A stretch of 63,497 nt of DNA, counting the filler, from Reclinomonas americana ATCC 50394 (taxonomy: Eukaryota): NCBI GenBank assembly GCA_048213135.1. It is 8 parts of 3 records of this genome, joined end to end, with 100 filler letters (N's around TTAATTAATTAA, not from the genome) between each part and the next. Parts side by side here need not be neighbours in the genome. Positions count along the whole stretch, not along the records: positions 1 to 17,692 come from PS015062.1; positions 17,793 to 33,184 come from PS015062.1; 6 more parts are not named here. One strand, 5' to 3'. Shown here piece by piece: positions 13,878 to 26,640 of this stretch (positions are counted from its first letter, which is position 1; every line of letters starts with the position of its first letter). The notes under the pieces were generated by a model, which ran no database searches, had not been told where the DNA came from, and worked only from the letters and a program-made list of their open reading frames with translations. The translations under genes were made by a program, and so were the position numbers.

Positions 13878-13899
13878 GAGACGTACGTACGTACTACTA

Positions 13900-13941
<42 letters not shown>

Positions 13942-16327
13942 ACGTACGAGAGAGAGAGAGAGAGAGAGAGAGTACGACGNNNNNNNNNNNNNNNNNNNNN
14001 NNNNNNNNNNNNNNNNNNNNNNNNNNNNNNNNNNNNNNNNNNNNNNNNNNNNNNNNNNNNNNNNNNNNNNNNNNNNNNNNNNNNNNNNNNNNNNNNNNNN
14101 NNNNNNNNNNNNNNNNNNNNNNNNNNNNNNNNNNNNNNNNNNNNNNNNNNNNNNNNNNNNNNNNNNNNNNNNNNNNNNNNNNNNNNNNNNNNNNNNNNNN
14201 NNNNNNNNNNNNNNNNNNNNNNNNNNNNNNNNNNNNNNNNNNNNNNNNNNNNNNNNNNNNNNNNNNNNNNNNNNNNNNNNNNNNNNNNNNNNNNNNNNNN
14301 NNNNNNNNNNNNNNNNNNNNNNNNNNNNNNNNNNNNNNNNNNNNNNNNNNNNNNNNNNNNNNNNNNNNNNNNNNNNNNNNNNNNNNNNNNNNNNNNNNNN
14401 NNNNNNNNNNNNNNNNNNNNNNNNNNNNNNNNNNNNNNNNNNNNNNNNNNNNNNNNNNNNNNNNNNNNNNNNNNNNNNNNNNNNNNNNNNNNNNNNNNNN
14501 NNNNNNNNNNNNNNNGAGTGAGAGAGAGGAGAGAGAGGAGAGAGATACGAGTGAGTAGAGAGAGCAAGAGAGAGAGAGAGAGAGAGAGAACGACAGGAAC
14601 GGGGCGATATCTCTCTCACTCACTGTCTCTCTCTCTTTCTCATTCCCCCTCCCTTCACTTCTCACTCGTTCACGAAGAGAAAGAGAGAGAGAGAGAGAGA
14701 GAGACAGTCTAGCACGCCCACACTCACTGCACTCACTCATTTTCTTCTCTCGTTCTCCTGCTGTCTCCTTCCCTTCCCTTCTCATGCCCCCTTTACAACA
14801 ATCATGACTCACTCATTGCATGCATGCATGATGCAGTGGCCGCGCTGTTGGTGAGTGCATAGCGTGTCTGCATTGTCCTTGTTCTCTGCCCTCACGCTGG
14901 TTTTTTTGCTTAAACAGTACGCTGAGTTGAATGCGCGCTACGAGAACACGATCAACTGGTGCGGATTTTACTTCCTGCGCGATGCAAAGACGCTCGTGCT
15001 TGGTCCCTTCCAAGGTGCGCGACACGTGCACTCACTCGCGCATATCACACACACTGATCGTCCATTGTTGTGCTGACTCGCTATCTCTTTCCTTTCTTCG
15101 CTTGCTGGATCATCCTGTCGCTCACTGTCTCACTCAATTCACCGTTCATTGTGCTGTGTTTCATTCCCAGTCGCTGACTCGCTGTCTCCTTCTCTCTGTC
15201 GCTCGCTGGATCATCCTGTCGCTCACTGTCTCACTCAATTCACCGTTGATTGTTGTGCTGTGTTTCTCTATCCACCACTTACTCGCAGTCCCCTTCTCTC
15301 TGTCGCTCGCTCGATCATCCTGTTGCTCACTGTCTCACGCACTTCACCGTAGATTGTTGTGCGGTGTTTCTCTATCCACCACTGACTCGCTGTCCGCTCA
15401 CTTCACCGTTCATTGTCGTGAGGTGTTTCTCTCTCCGCCACTTACTCGCTGTCTCCTTCTCTCTGTCGCTCGCTGGATCATCGTGTCGCTCACAATCTCA
15501 CTCCACCGTTCATTGTCGTGAGGTGTTTCTCTCTCCACCACTTACACGCTGTCTCCTTCTTTCCGTCGCTCGCTGGATCTTCCCTGCGCTCGCTCGATGA
15601 TCTCTCACTGTTGTATTTCTCTCTCCACCGCTGATATTCTCTGTCTCCTTGCTTCCTTCGCTTGCTCAATCATCCCTGCTCTGTCTCACTCACACCCGTG
15701 CACCCACTCCCTTTCACTCATTCAATTACGCAGCAGTCGCTCACTTGCACATCACGCACTCCCTGATGCACATTTTTCCATCACTCTCTGCGCTCCTGAC
15801 TCGCTCACTCACTCATTCACTCGCCGACACACTCCCCCTCTTTTCTGCACTCACTCTCCCAGTCATCCCGTCGCTCACATGCTTCACTCACCAACGACGC
15901 TCTCCCCCCTTTCTCTCTCTCTTTCCCTTCCCCCTCCTTATCCCTTCCCCCCTCCCTCCCCTCAGGCAAGGTCGCCTGCATCCGCATTCCCGTCGGTCGC
16001 GGCGTGTGCGGCACGGCTGTGTCCACGCGAGAGACGCAGCTCGTTCCCGATGTGCACGCATTCCCCGGGCACATTGCGTGTGACTCGGTGTCCGAGGTGC
16101 GCTCCCTCACCCCCCTCTGTGCACACATCATGCGCTCATCACTCCCGCACACACGCACCACACAGAGCGAGGTGGTGGTGCCGGTGTTTGATCGCGACGA
16201 CTCGGCGCGCGTCATTGGCGTGCTGGACATTGACAGCAGTGTGCAGTCGCGCTTCACTCCGGAGGACGCGAAAGGTCTGGAGGAGGTGTGCAGGGCCTTG
16301 TCGGCTGCCATACCGCAGTGGTGGTAA
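13640..16327 (+). CDS. msrC: GAF-domain free methionine-R-sulfoxide reductase (fRMsr/MsrC family)
   Basis: Exons 13640-13730, 14837-14850, 14918-15014, 15966-16096 and 16166-16327 splice in frame to ...VANTANVAALLY...INWCGFYF...[25 protein letters not shown]...VPDVHAFPGHIACDSVSESEVVVP...IGVLDIDS. Confidence 0.93.
15100..15620. repeat. Degenerate tandem repeat in msrC intron 3
   Basis: Repeated CTCGCTGTCTCCTTCTCTCTGTCGCTCGCTGGATCATCCTGTCGCTCAC...CACCGTT units. Confidence 0.75.
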
Positions 16328-16350
16328 TGATGGTGGTGATGTGGAGAAAG

Positions 16351-16765
16351 GAATGGAGGGAAGATGTGTGTTTTGCTGAAGATGGGGAGGATAGGGAGCG
16401 AAGATTGGCTGCCAGCTTTTTCGATGTGCCGACAAAGGCTGGGTGCTGGGTTCGGTCGAGGCGATGGTCACCGATAACGGCTGAGAGCGGGTGAGTGAGG
16501 AATGGAGGGAAGATGTGTTTTGCTGAAGATGGGGGAAAAGGGAGCGAAGATTGCTGCAAGCTTTTCGATGTACCGACAAAGGCTGGGTGCTGCACCGACA
16601 ACGGCTGAGAGAGGGCGAGTGAGGAATGGAGGGAAGATGTGTGTTTTGCTGAAGATGGGGAGGATAGGGAGCGACGATTGGCTGCAAGCTTTTTCGATGT
16701 GCCGACAAAGGCTGGGTGCTGGGTTCGGTCGAGGCGATGGTCACCGATAAGAGCGGGCGAGTGAG
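16351..16765. repeat. Three tandem copies (125-150 bp) just downstream of the msrC stop
   Basis: GAATGGAGGGAAGATGTG(TG)TTTTGCTGAAGATGGGG...TTTTCGATGT(G/A)CCGACAAAGGCTGGGTGCTG starts at about 16351, 16500 and 16624. Confidence 0.85.
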
Positions 16766-17127
16766 GCAGTAACCATCGATGGCTGAGTGATGGCCATCTC
16801 TTGTTCTCGATTCTCGATTCCGTATCCTCGGCCCGAATTGAGAAGCCCATGATCGAAGTAATGTACAAGAGCGAGGAGAACCGGTTTGTCAGCCATGGCG
16901 CTCGTCAAGATGAAGGAGACACGAGGCAGTCACCATCGATGACTGAGAGCCTTGCTGTCATCGAGCGGGAAAATCGCGAGCTCGCAGACAGCTGAGTGAT
17001 GCACATTCCACAATCGAACCATCTTTGCCGCGCGCGCGCCAAGCGCGCAACGAGCATCTCCCTTTAGAAACAACGTACATTCTTGCTCCTCCACCAACAG
17101 ACACCTCCTCTGCAGCAGCGCGACTGA

Positions 17128-17692
17128 CTACTTCTTCTCCTTGGCCTTGCGTCGTTCCATCACGTCGTGATTGTACACGCGTGCAATCGTCACCTCGGTG
17201 GTGACAATGTTCTCTCGCAACCACGCCAAATCCTCCTCCCACTGCGCCATTTGCTCCTCGGCCTCGGAGATGTGGCCGGTGAGCAACGTGATGGCTTCGT
17301 CGTGGCAGAATTCGACGGCAACGTTGCCCTGCGACGGGAGGGGAAGGGGTGGTGAGGAGATGTACAGAGAGAGGGGGGGAGTGCGATGAAGGTAATGTGC
17401 GTGACAACAACATATCAACGACAAACAAGAAGCAAGTGACAAGTTCTGCATCAATCGCGAGAGAGAGAGAGAGAGGCAGACGGAAAGCGTGCATGCGTCA
17501 CGAGAACGACCACAATGATAAGTGGCTGGAACACAACAATATCAACGACATCAACAACGACCGAGACAAGTCATCCAACGCCGCCACCCACAACTCAACT
17601 CCCAACCACAAAAACACCGACTCCGAGTCATCCACAATCGCCTCGGCCAGCACATTGCCCGCCAGCTTGAAGTTCACGCGTGCCTCCTCGCC
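17128..17692 (-). CDS. PFDN3: Prefoldin subunit 3 (VBP1), last two exons, 5'-partial
   Basis: GEEARVNFKLAGNVLAEAIVDDSESVFLWLG / GNVAVEF...EAITLL...DLAWLRENIVTTEVTIARVYNHDV matches the PFD3 C-terminal consensus (WLGANVMLEY...TTEVxxARVYNxDV). Confidence 0.88.
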
Positions 17693-17736
17693 NNNNNNNN
17701 NNNNNNNNNNNNNNNNNNNNNNNNNNNNNNNNNNNN

Positions 17737-17748
17737 TTAATTAATTAA
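17737..17748. other. Artificial six-frame-stop assembly spacer TTAATTAATTAA (also at 33229, 44639, 50189, 53600, 57121, 61905)
   Basis: Identical 12-mer, each copy flanked by equal-length N runs. Confidence 0.97.
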
Positions 17749-18515
17749 NNNNNNNNNNNNNNNNNNNNNNNNNNNNNNNNNNNNNNNNNNNNGAGCAGCG
17801 CACGCGCACGCATAATGACGCAAAGAGAGAGCAAGAGAGCGCGAGTGCACACAGGCGCAGAGGAGAAGAGAGTGAGACAACACAACCTCAGAGACAACTA
17901 TTCTCAATCGCGCGCGCTGTCTCTCTCCCTTTCTCGCTCGCTCACTCTGACTTGTGCACAGACACACACATATGTGTGTATGTGCAACGCAACAGCAAAC
18001 AACAAGCGCGGGATCTTGCGCGGGTTCACATAATCCTCTGTGAAAATGACACACACACACACACACACAGAGAGAGATGATCAGCAACACTATGCAGAGG
18101 CACACGTGCACACAAGATGCAAGGAGACCTGGGAAGCCTTGCGTGAAGAACGACGCCATTTGCGCGCGATCCACACGTTTGTTTTTGGTGAGCCGATCAG
18201 TTGGTTGGTGAAGCTTATGAAAAAAGCAGCACAGCTGCCATCCAGAGTGAGCACCAGACTGAGACATCACAGTAACAGTACTTCACATGCCTAACAAGCA
18301 TGGATTGACGCAAGGTGTTGCAGACATACGTAAGACCTTAGGCAGATATATACCGATGCATGAACGCTGCGAGTTTCTTCGAATTCATTAATATGTAGCA
18401 CGCGGCGTGCGGCCTGGAGATGAAGTGCGCACATCTGTTCTGATTGATTTCGAGGAATGAATAAAGGAATGAAGAAAAAACAGCAAAGGAAGAGCGCGCG
18501 CAGGTCGCCGTACGC

Positions 18516-21500
18516 CTAAGTCGAACATGGAAGCACATACACCTGATCCGCAGCAGCCACCAGCTTGGTGCCGTCACTGCTGGAGGCCACAGACAAATAG
18601 GGACGAAAGGAGTCACGAGCCGTCCACGTCAAGCCAGAGTCAGTGGAGATGAACAACTGACCACCGGTGCCGACGCCGTTCACCACTGCCGCCAGCTTGG
18701 AGCCGTCACTGCTGGAGGTCACCGAAGTCCAGGCGCGACTGGCGTCAGTGGCTCGAGCCGTCCACGTCAAGCCAGAATCAGTGGACGTGTAGATCGAGTT
18801 GCTGTTCGCAACAGCCACCAGTTTGCTCCCGTTACTGCTGGAGGCCACAGATCGCCACAGACGGTTGGCGTCAGTAGCCCGAGCAAGCCACGTCACGCCA
18901 GAGTCAGTGGAGGTGTAGATCGAGTTGTTGTTCACCGCAGCTACCAGTTTGGTCCCGTCACTGCTGGAGGCCACACATCGCCAGGAGCGATTGGCATCAG
19001 TGGCCTGAGCCGCCCACGTCAAACCAGAGTCAGTCGAGGTGTAAATCTGGCCAGCATTCACCACAGCCACTAGCTTGGTACCGTCACTGCTGGAGGCCAC
19101 TGATATCCAGTTGCGACTGGAATCACGCGGTGTCCACGTGGCACCAGAGTCAGTGGAGGTGTAAAGAGAACCGTTACTCACAGCAGCCACCAGCTTCGTA
19201 CCGTCACTGTTGGAGGCCACCGAAACCCAGGAGCGAGTGGAGTCGCGAGCTGTCCACGTGACACCAGAATCCGTGGACGTGTCAATCCTACCACTATTCA
19301 TCACAGCCACAAGTTTGGTGCCATCACTGTTGGAGGCCACCGAATTCCATTGATTGGGCGCGTGAAGACCCTGGGACGTCACCTCAGTCCACGTCACGCC
19401 CGAATCGGTGGAGGTGTAGATCCTGTCGTTGATCGCCACAGCCACCAGCTTCGTGCCGTCACTGCTGGACGCCACCGATTGCCAGCCGCGACTGGCATCA
19501 CGAGCCGTCCACGTCACACCCGAGTCAGCGGAGGTGAAAATCTGACCAGTGTTCACCACAGCCACGAGCTTGGTGCCGTCACTGCTAGAGGTCACCGATA
19601 GCCAGTTGCGACTGGCGTCATTGGCTCGAGCCGTCCACGTCAAGCCAGAATCAGTGGAGGTGTAGATGAAATTGTTACTCACCAAACCCACTAGCTTGGT
19701 GCCATCGCTACTGGAGGCTAAAGAAATCCACTGGCGACTGGCATCAGTAGCCCGAGCGAACCACGTCACGCCCGAGTCAGTGGAGGTGTAAATCTGACCA
19801 GGGTTTGCCGCAGCAACCAACTTGGTGCCGTCGCTATTAGAGGTCACAGCAGCCCAAATACGATTGGAATTCTGAGGTGTCCACGTCACGCCAGAATCAA
19901 CGGAGGTGTAAAGCTGACCATTGTTCACCCCAGCCACCAGCTTGGTGCCGTCACTATTGGAGGCCACAGAAGACCAGAGGCGACTGGAATCGTGAGACGT
20001 CCACGTCGCACCAGAGTCAGTGGAGGTGTAAATCAGACTGTTGCTCACCGCAGCCACCAGCTTGGTACCGTCACTACTGGAGGCCACTGCCTGCCACGAA
20101 CGAACGACATCAGTAGCCCGAGCCGTCCACGACACACCAGAGTCGGTGGAGGTGTAAATCTTGTCATTGCTCGCCACAACCACCAACTTGGCGCCGTCAC
20201 TGCTGGACGCTGCTGCTTTCCACCTGCCTACGTAGCCTAGGGTGGTTCTAACAGAGCAGTCCGTTGAACACGAGGACCCTTGTTCGTCAAAGAAAGTCAG
20301 CATTCACACTCAGCTCAAGGAATTCACGACTACAAACTCACCACTCCAAGGGTTTGTGCAGCTACACGTTCCATCAGCACCACAGGTACCGTGAGCCGAG
20401 CACGTGACGCTGGGACTGCAGTTGCAGCTGGCATTGGTGTAGTCGCCCGTGCACTGGCATGTGCCGTCACTCTTGCATGCTCCGTTGCCAGAGCACGTGG
20501 CAGTGGGACTGCAGTTGCAGCTGGCATTGGTGTAGTCGCCAGTGCACAGACACGTGCCGTCAGTGTTGCACGTTCCGTGACCAGAGCACGTGAGGCTGGG
20601 ACTGCAGTTGCAGTTGGCATTGGCGTAGTCGCCCGTGCACAGACACGTGCCGTCGGTGTTGCACGTGCCGTGACCAGAGCACGTGGCAGTGGGACTGCAG
20701 TTGCAGCTGGCATTGGTGTAGTCGCCCGTGCACTGGCACGTGCCGTCACTCTTGCACGTTCCGTGACCGGAGCAGGTGGCGGAGGGACTGCAGTTGCAGC
20801 TGGCGTTGGTGTAGTCGCCCGTGCACTGGCATGTGCCGTCAGTCTTGCATGTTCCGTGACCCGAGCACGTTGTCGTGGGACTGCAATTGCAGCTGGCATT
20901 GGTGTAGTCGCCCGTGCACAGACAAGTGCCGTCAGTCTTGCACGTTCCGTTGCCAGAGCACGTCGCAGTGGGACTGCAGTTGCAGCTGGCATTGGTGTAG
21001 TCGCCCGTGCACAGACACGTGCCGTCAGTCTTGCATGTACCGTGACCAGAGCACGTCGTAGTGGGACTGCAGTTGCAGCTGGCATTGGTGTAGTCGCCCG
21101 TGCACTGGCATGTGCCGTCGCTCTTGCATGTTCCGTGACCAGAGCATGTCGTAGTNNNNNNNNNNNNNNNNNNNNNNNNNNNNNNNNNNNNNNNNNNNNN
21201 NNNNNNNNNNNNNNNNNNNNNNNNNNNNNNNNNNNNNNNNNNNNNNNNNNNNNNNNNNNNNNNNNNNNNNNNNNNNNNNNNNNNNNNNNNNNNNNNNNNN
21301 NNNNNNNNNNNNNNNNNNNNNNNNNNNNNNNNNNNNNNNNNNNNNNNNNNNNNNNNNNNNNNNNNNNNNNNNNNNNNNNNNNNNNNNNNNNNNNNNNNNN
21401 NNNNNNNNNNNNNNNNNNNNNNNNNNNNNNNNNNNNNNNNNNNNNNNNNNNNNNNNNNNNNNNNNNNNNNNNNNNNNNNNNNNNNNNNNNNNNNNNNNNN

Positions 21501-24500
21501 NNNNNNNNNNNNNNNNNNNNNNNNNNNNNNNNNNNNNNNNNNNNNNNNNNNNNNNNNNNNNNNNNNNNNNNNNNNNNNNNNNNNNNNNNNNNNNNNNNNN
21601 NNNNNNNNNNNNNNNNNNNNNNNNNNNNNNNNNNNNNNNNNNNNNNNNNNNNNNNNNNNNNNNNNNNNNNNNNNNNNNNNNNNNNNNNNNNNNNNNNNNN
21701 NNNNNNNNNNNNNNNNNNNNNNNNNNNNNNNNNNNNNNNNNNNNNNNNNNNNNNNNNNNNNNNNNNNNNNNNNNNNNNNNNNNNNNNNNNNNNNNNNNNN
21801 NNNNNNNNNNNNNNNNNNNNNNNNNNNNNNNNNNNNNNNNNNNNNNNNNNNNNNNNNNNNNNNNNNNNNNNNNNNNNNNNNNNNNNNNNNNNNCGTTCCG
21901 TGGCCAGAGCACGTCGTAGTGGGACTGCAGTTGCAGCTGGCGTTGGTGTAGTCGCCCGTGCACTGGCATGTGCCGTCAGTCTTGCATGTTCCGTGACCAG
22001 AGCATGTGGTGGTGGGACTGCAGTTGCAGGTGGCATTGGTGTAGTCGCCAGTGCACAGACAAGTGCCGTCTGCCTTGCATGTACCGTGACCAGAGCATGT
22101 GGCAGTGGGACTGCAGTTGCAGCTGGCATTCGTGTAGTCGCCAGTGCACTGGCAAGTGCCGTCGCTTTTGCACGTTCCGTGGCCAGAGCACGTCGCAGTG
22201 GGACTGCAGTTGCAGTTGGCATTAGTGTAGTCGCCAGTGCACTGGCAAGTGCCGTCAGTCTTGCACGTTCCGTGACCAGAGCACGTGGTAGTGGGACTGC
22301 AGTTGCAGCTGGCGTTGGTGTAGTCGCCCGTGCACTGGCATGTGCTGTCAGTCTTGCACGTTCCGTGACCAGAGCATGTGGTGGTGGGACTGCAGTTGCA
22401 ACTGGCATTGGTGTAGTCGCTCGTGCACAGACAAGTGCCGTCAGTCTTGCATGTACCGTGACCAGAGCAGGTGGCGGAGGGACTGCAGTTGCAGCTGGCG
22501 TTGGTGTAGTCGCCCGTGCACAGGCACGTGCCGTCAGTCTTGCATATTCCGTGGCCAGAGCACGTGGTAGAGGGACTGCAATTGCAACTGCCATTGGTGT
22601 AGTCGCCCGTGCACAGACACGTGCCGTCAGTCTTGCATGTGCCGTGACCAGAGCACGTCGTAGTGGGACTGCAGTTGCAGCTGGCATTGGTGTAGTCGCC
22701 CGTGCACAGACACGTGCCGTCAGTCTTGCACGTTCCGCGTCCAGAGCAGGTGGTGGCCGCCACACAGTTCACGTTGCACGATGCACCGTAATAGTTGTTG
22801 TTGCACTGGCATGTGCCGTCGCTCTTGCATGTTCCATGACCAGAGCAAGTGGTGGTGGGACTGCAGTTGCAGCTGGCGTTGGTGTAGTCGCCCGTGCACT
22901 GGCATGTGCCGTCAGTCTTGCACGTTCCGTGTCCGGAGCACGTGGTGGCCGCCGCGCAGTTCACATTACACGATGCGCCGTAATAATCAGAGTCGCACTG
23001 GCATGAGCCGTCAGGATTGCATGTTCCGTGTCCAGAGCAGGTGGTGGCGCGACTGCAGTTGGTGTAGTTGCCAGAGCACGTCGACTTGCAGTCCACAAAG
23101 CGACCGCTTGGAGTGCTGAAGCGCGCAAACGACATGAAGCCCGAACAGCGACTGGGATCAGCAATGCACTCGCAGTGGGCGCCGCTGCTGGGTGCATTGC
23201 ACTTGCAGAAGCCCGACACGCACAGACCGCCATTGATGGGCTGGCCATTGGCCAGCTTGGCGCCAGCATCCACCGAGAGACAGTCGGCATTCACCGTGCA
23301 CGAAGAACGCGGAAGCGAGCAGTACAAGCCGTCGAAACCCGGCTTGCACACGCACTTGCCGCTGGCAGTGTCGCATGTGCCGTTGCCATTGCAGGTGACA
23401 GCCGCGTCGCAGTACACGGAGCAGGAGGTGCCGTAGTACTTGGCGTTGCAGATGCAAGTGGCGTCACTGGAGCAAGTGCCCTGGCCACTGCAGGTGGTGG
23501 AGGCCTGGCGGGTGGGGGAGAGACGAGTGAGAAGGGAAGGGAGAGGGGAAGGGAGCGAGAGAGAGAGAGAAACAGGAGAACATGAGAAGAATGCAGAAAG
23601 CAGATTGCACAAAACGAAAGTGAGATCGGTGAGGGGAGACTACAGCGCGAAGAGAAGAAAGAGAAAATTGACGGTGTTGTGGAAGATGGCAAGTGATCAT
23701 CCCACTCTCACACGCCCTCACTCTCTTTCGTGCACTCTCTCCTCTCTCCAACACTCACCTGGCAAAACTTGTCACAAGTCGTGCCATAATAGTTGAGGGC
23801 ACACTGATCGCACGCCGCACCAGTCCAGTTCGTAGTGGAGCACACACAAGAGCCGGTGCTGTCGCACGTTCCGCGACCGCTGCACGTGGTGGCTGTGTTG
23901 CAGAACTTGCTGCAGGTCGCTCCGTAGTAGTTCGCCTTGCACTGGTTGCACGAGGCGCCGGTGGAGTTGCCGGTGCACACACACTGGCCATTGGCGTCGC
24001 ACGTGCCATTGCCAGAGCACGTCTTGGCGGCGGTGCAGAACTTGGAGCAGTTGCTGGTGAAGTAGTTGGCGAGACACACGCACTGCCCGCTCGAGTTGCA
24101 GCTGCCGTTGTAGCTGCAGGTGGTGCTGGGGTTGCAGAGGGTGCTGCACGTGGCACCGTAGTAGTCCGGCTTGCACTGGTTGCACGAGGCGCCGGTGAAG
24201 TTGCCGGTGCACACGCACTGACCGCTCGAGTTGCACGAGCCATTGCCGTTGCATGTCGTCGCCGCAGTGCACAACACGTTGCATGTGGCGCCGTAGTAGT
24301 TGGTGTTGCACTGGCAGGCACCAGCAGCGCTGCAGGTGCCGTTGTTGTTGCAGGTGGCGGGCGAGCACTTTGTGTCACACTTGGCACCGGAGAAGCCCGC
24401 GTTGCAGACGCAGGTGCCAGTGCTGGTGCACGAGGCGGCGTTGTTTGAGCATGTCACGTACGGGTGGCACGAGCAGAAGGGACCCGCCCAGCTGCACGAG

Positions 24501-25980
24501 GGAAAGGGAGTGGAGTGAGTGAGTGGGGGAAATGCACACAGAGAATGGGGCAGCACAGGCAACTCACGTGGCGCACACATTGGCACCGCTGCTCGTGGTG
24601 TAGCAGTTGTTGTTGCAAGCACACTTTCCGCCGGAGCAGAAGCCCTGTGTGGAAGGAGGAGAAGGTGGGCGAAGAGCGGAAGAAGGAGAGAGAGAGAGAG
24701 AGAGGAGGGAGGAGAGAGAGAGAGAGAGGAGGAGGAGGAGGAGGAGGAGGAGGAGGAGGAGGAGGAGGAGGAGGAGGAGAGAAGAAGAAGAGAGAGGAGG
24801 AGGAGGNNNNNNNNNNNNNNNNNNNNNNNNNNNNNNNNNNNNNNNNNNNNNNNNNNNNNNNNNNNNNNNNNNNNNNNNNNNNNNNNNNNNNNNNNNNNNN
24901 NNNNNNNNNNNNNNNNNNNNNNNNNNNNNNNNNNNNNNNNNNNNNNNNNNNNNNNNNNNNNNNNNNNNNNNNNNNNNNNNNNNNNNNNNNNNNNNNNNNN
25001 NNNNNNNNNNNNNNNNNNNNNNNNNNNNNNNNNNGAGGAGGAGGAGGAGGAGGTGGCAGAAAAGAGAAAGAGAGAAGGGGAGGAGGAGGGCGATGGGCAG
25101 AATGAGGAGAAAAGGGAGAGGATGTGGAGGAGCAAGAGGATGAGATCAAGGAAGAGGAAGAGGAAGGATTAAATGCCCTCAACAAGTAACAGTGCGGTGT
25201 TCAAGAAGCACGGCGAAACGGCTGTGTGTGTGAGATTGAGAGAGAAAAAAGAGTCGGGAGGAGAATCTTGCAAACACTGCAAAACGTGGAAACGCAACAT
25301 TCACTCCGCACTCGTTGCTGGTTGCAGTGCATGTTCCACCTGTGTGTAAGTGTGTGTTGAGAGAGAGAGAGGGAGCGAGAAAAGAAGAGAGACGCGGAGA
25401 AGCTGGTGAAAGAGGACAAAAAGGGCCGCAGGATATGTGCAGTCAACGGTCTTCTGCTTTCGCGCGCGGAGCGTGAGAATATGAGAAAGAAAAAAACAGG
25501 ACTGCAACAGCGCATTGCGGCAAAGACGAAAGAGAAGGAAGAGAGAGGAGGGAGTGTTTCATGGCAAATACCGCGACGCTCGGACACGGCTGCACAACGC
25601 TGCGCAGCAGCATATAAAATGTGCTTTCCCACCAGTACTTGACGAAAGATTCGGACGAGAGTGTGGAGAAAACTCGTCACAGTGTAAACACGCAGCAAAC
25701 ATGCACACAAGCACACGCACACACACACACATGCGGTGCACACTGAGGCCGCTGAGAAAAAGCGACTGTTGCTTTGCGAACACTCGCAGCGCTCTCGCTT
25801 TTCGCACGTGAACAAAATGGGCGTGCGTGTGTGCATGTGTCTCATTGTGGACTCACCTGCGGCTGCCGCAGAGCTGCATAGCACACTCAACAACAACAGC
25901 GCAGTCATGAACAGCACTGCGCAGGAGTGGCGGACATGTACATGACGAGTGGCCATGGCCGGCGTTGTGGGACCAGACAT
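18516..25980 (-). CDS. Secreted EGF/laminin-type repeat protein with a C-terminal 14-blade Asp-box (BNR-like) beta-propeller region
   Basis: Exon 1 from ATG 25980 has a hydrophobic signal (AVLFMTALLLLSVLCSSAAAAG). Dozens of CSxxGTC...C.C..Y...C units follow. A 63-nt GT-AG intron (20279-20341) joins NPWSG to SSCSTDC in frame with a final exon of 14 W.SVASSSDGTKLVA...IYTSTDSGxTW repeats. Confidence 0.85.
20395..22950 (-). repeat. Coding tandem array, 93-bp unit (31 aa: CSPTTTCSGHGTCKTDGTCLCTGDYTNASCN)
   Basis: GGGACTGCAGTTGCAGCTGGCATTGGTGTAGTCGCC recurs with a 93-bp period (e.g. 20413, 20506) on both sides of the 21156-21893 gap. Confidence 0.95.
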
Positions 25981-26347
25981 GTTGCCCCTCCTGTGGGCAC
26001 ACAAAGAATGCAGAGGTGAGTTGTGTGCGTACGTGTGTGTGTGCGTGACTGCATGCGCGCGCGCGTGAAAGCAGAAGCACACAATTGCAACACTTGTAAC
26101 AAGCGCGAGAACTTTGGGAGACGAAAGAACACTCTGGTTGATTGCCTTGATAACCAGCTGCAGCATCAGCACTGCGCAGCGCTGGCATGCGCGAGGCTGC
26201 TGTCTATGCAAGGAAACAGATTGTGCAGACGACGAGAGAAGACTGGAGAACATGGGAAGAGTGTGACAAGAAAGGAAAATGTGTGCTCACCGCAAAGACA
26301 GAATTTCTTCTGGTTTGTCAACCGGAATGGAATACCGACAATTCACC

Positions 26348-26640
26348 CAACAAAATTCATTCACCAACAAACAAGCAGCAGCTGTCTGATGACCAATTCC
26401 AACCCTATTCAAAATAGATAATCAACAAAGACACCAATCCTGAGGCAGCAGCAGGTTTCTTGTGTGTGTTCGAACTCGGAGCTCGAATTCGAACGCAAGC
26501 AGCAGGTGTCTTGAACGAGCAAGTCTATGTCCATGTGTGCAACTGTTTCGAAAACAAGTAGTCCGATGTGAGTGGGTCCGTGTCCGCGAGCGTGTGCTTG
26601 TGCAATGTTGCGTGTTTGTTGGTGAATGAATTTGTTGTTG
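26348..26640. mobile_element. Putative MITE / foldback element with ~28-bp imperfect terminal inverted repeats
   Basis: CAACAAAATTCATTCACCAACAAACAAGCA at 26348 is near-complementary to TGCGTGTTTGTTGGTGAATGAATTTGTTGTTG at 26609-26640. The left ~100 bp recurs at about 31041-31133. No target-site duplication (TSD) seen. Confidence 0.5.

Noticed and set aside
20280-23006. 908-aa Ala/Val/Arg-rich ORF on the + strand
   Set aside because: It is the antisense shadow of the Cys-rich EGF array.
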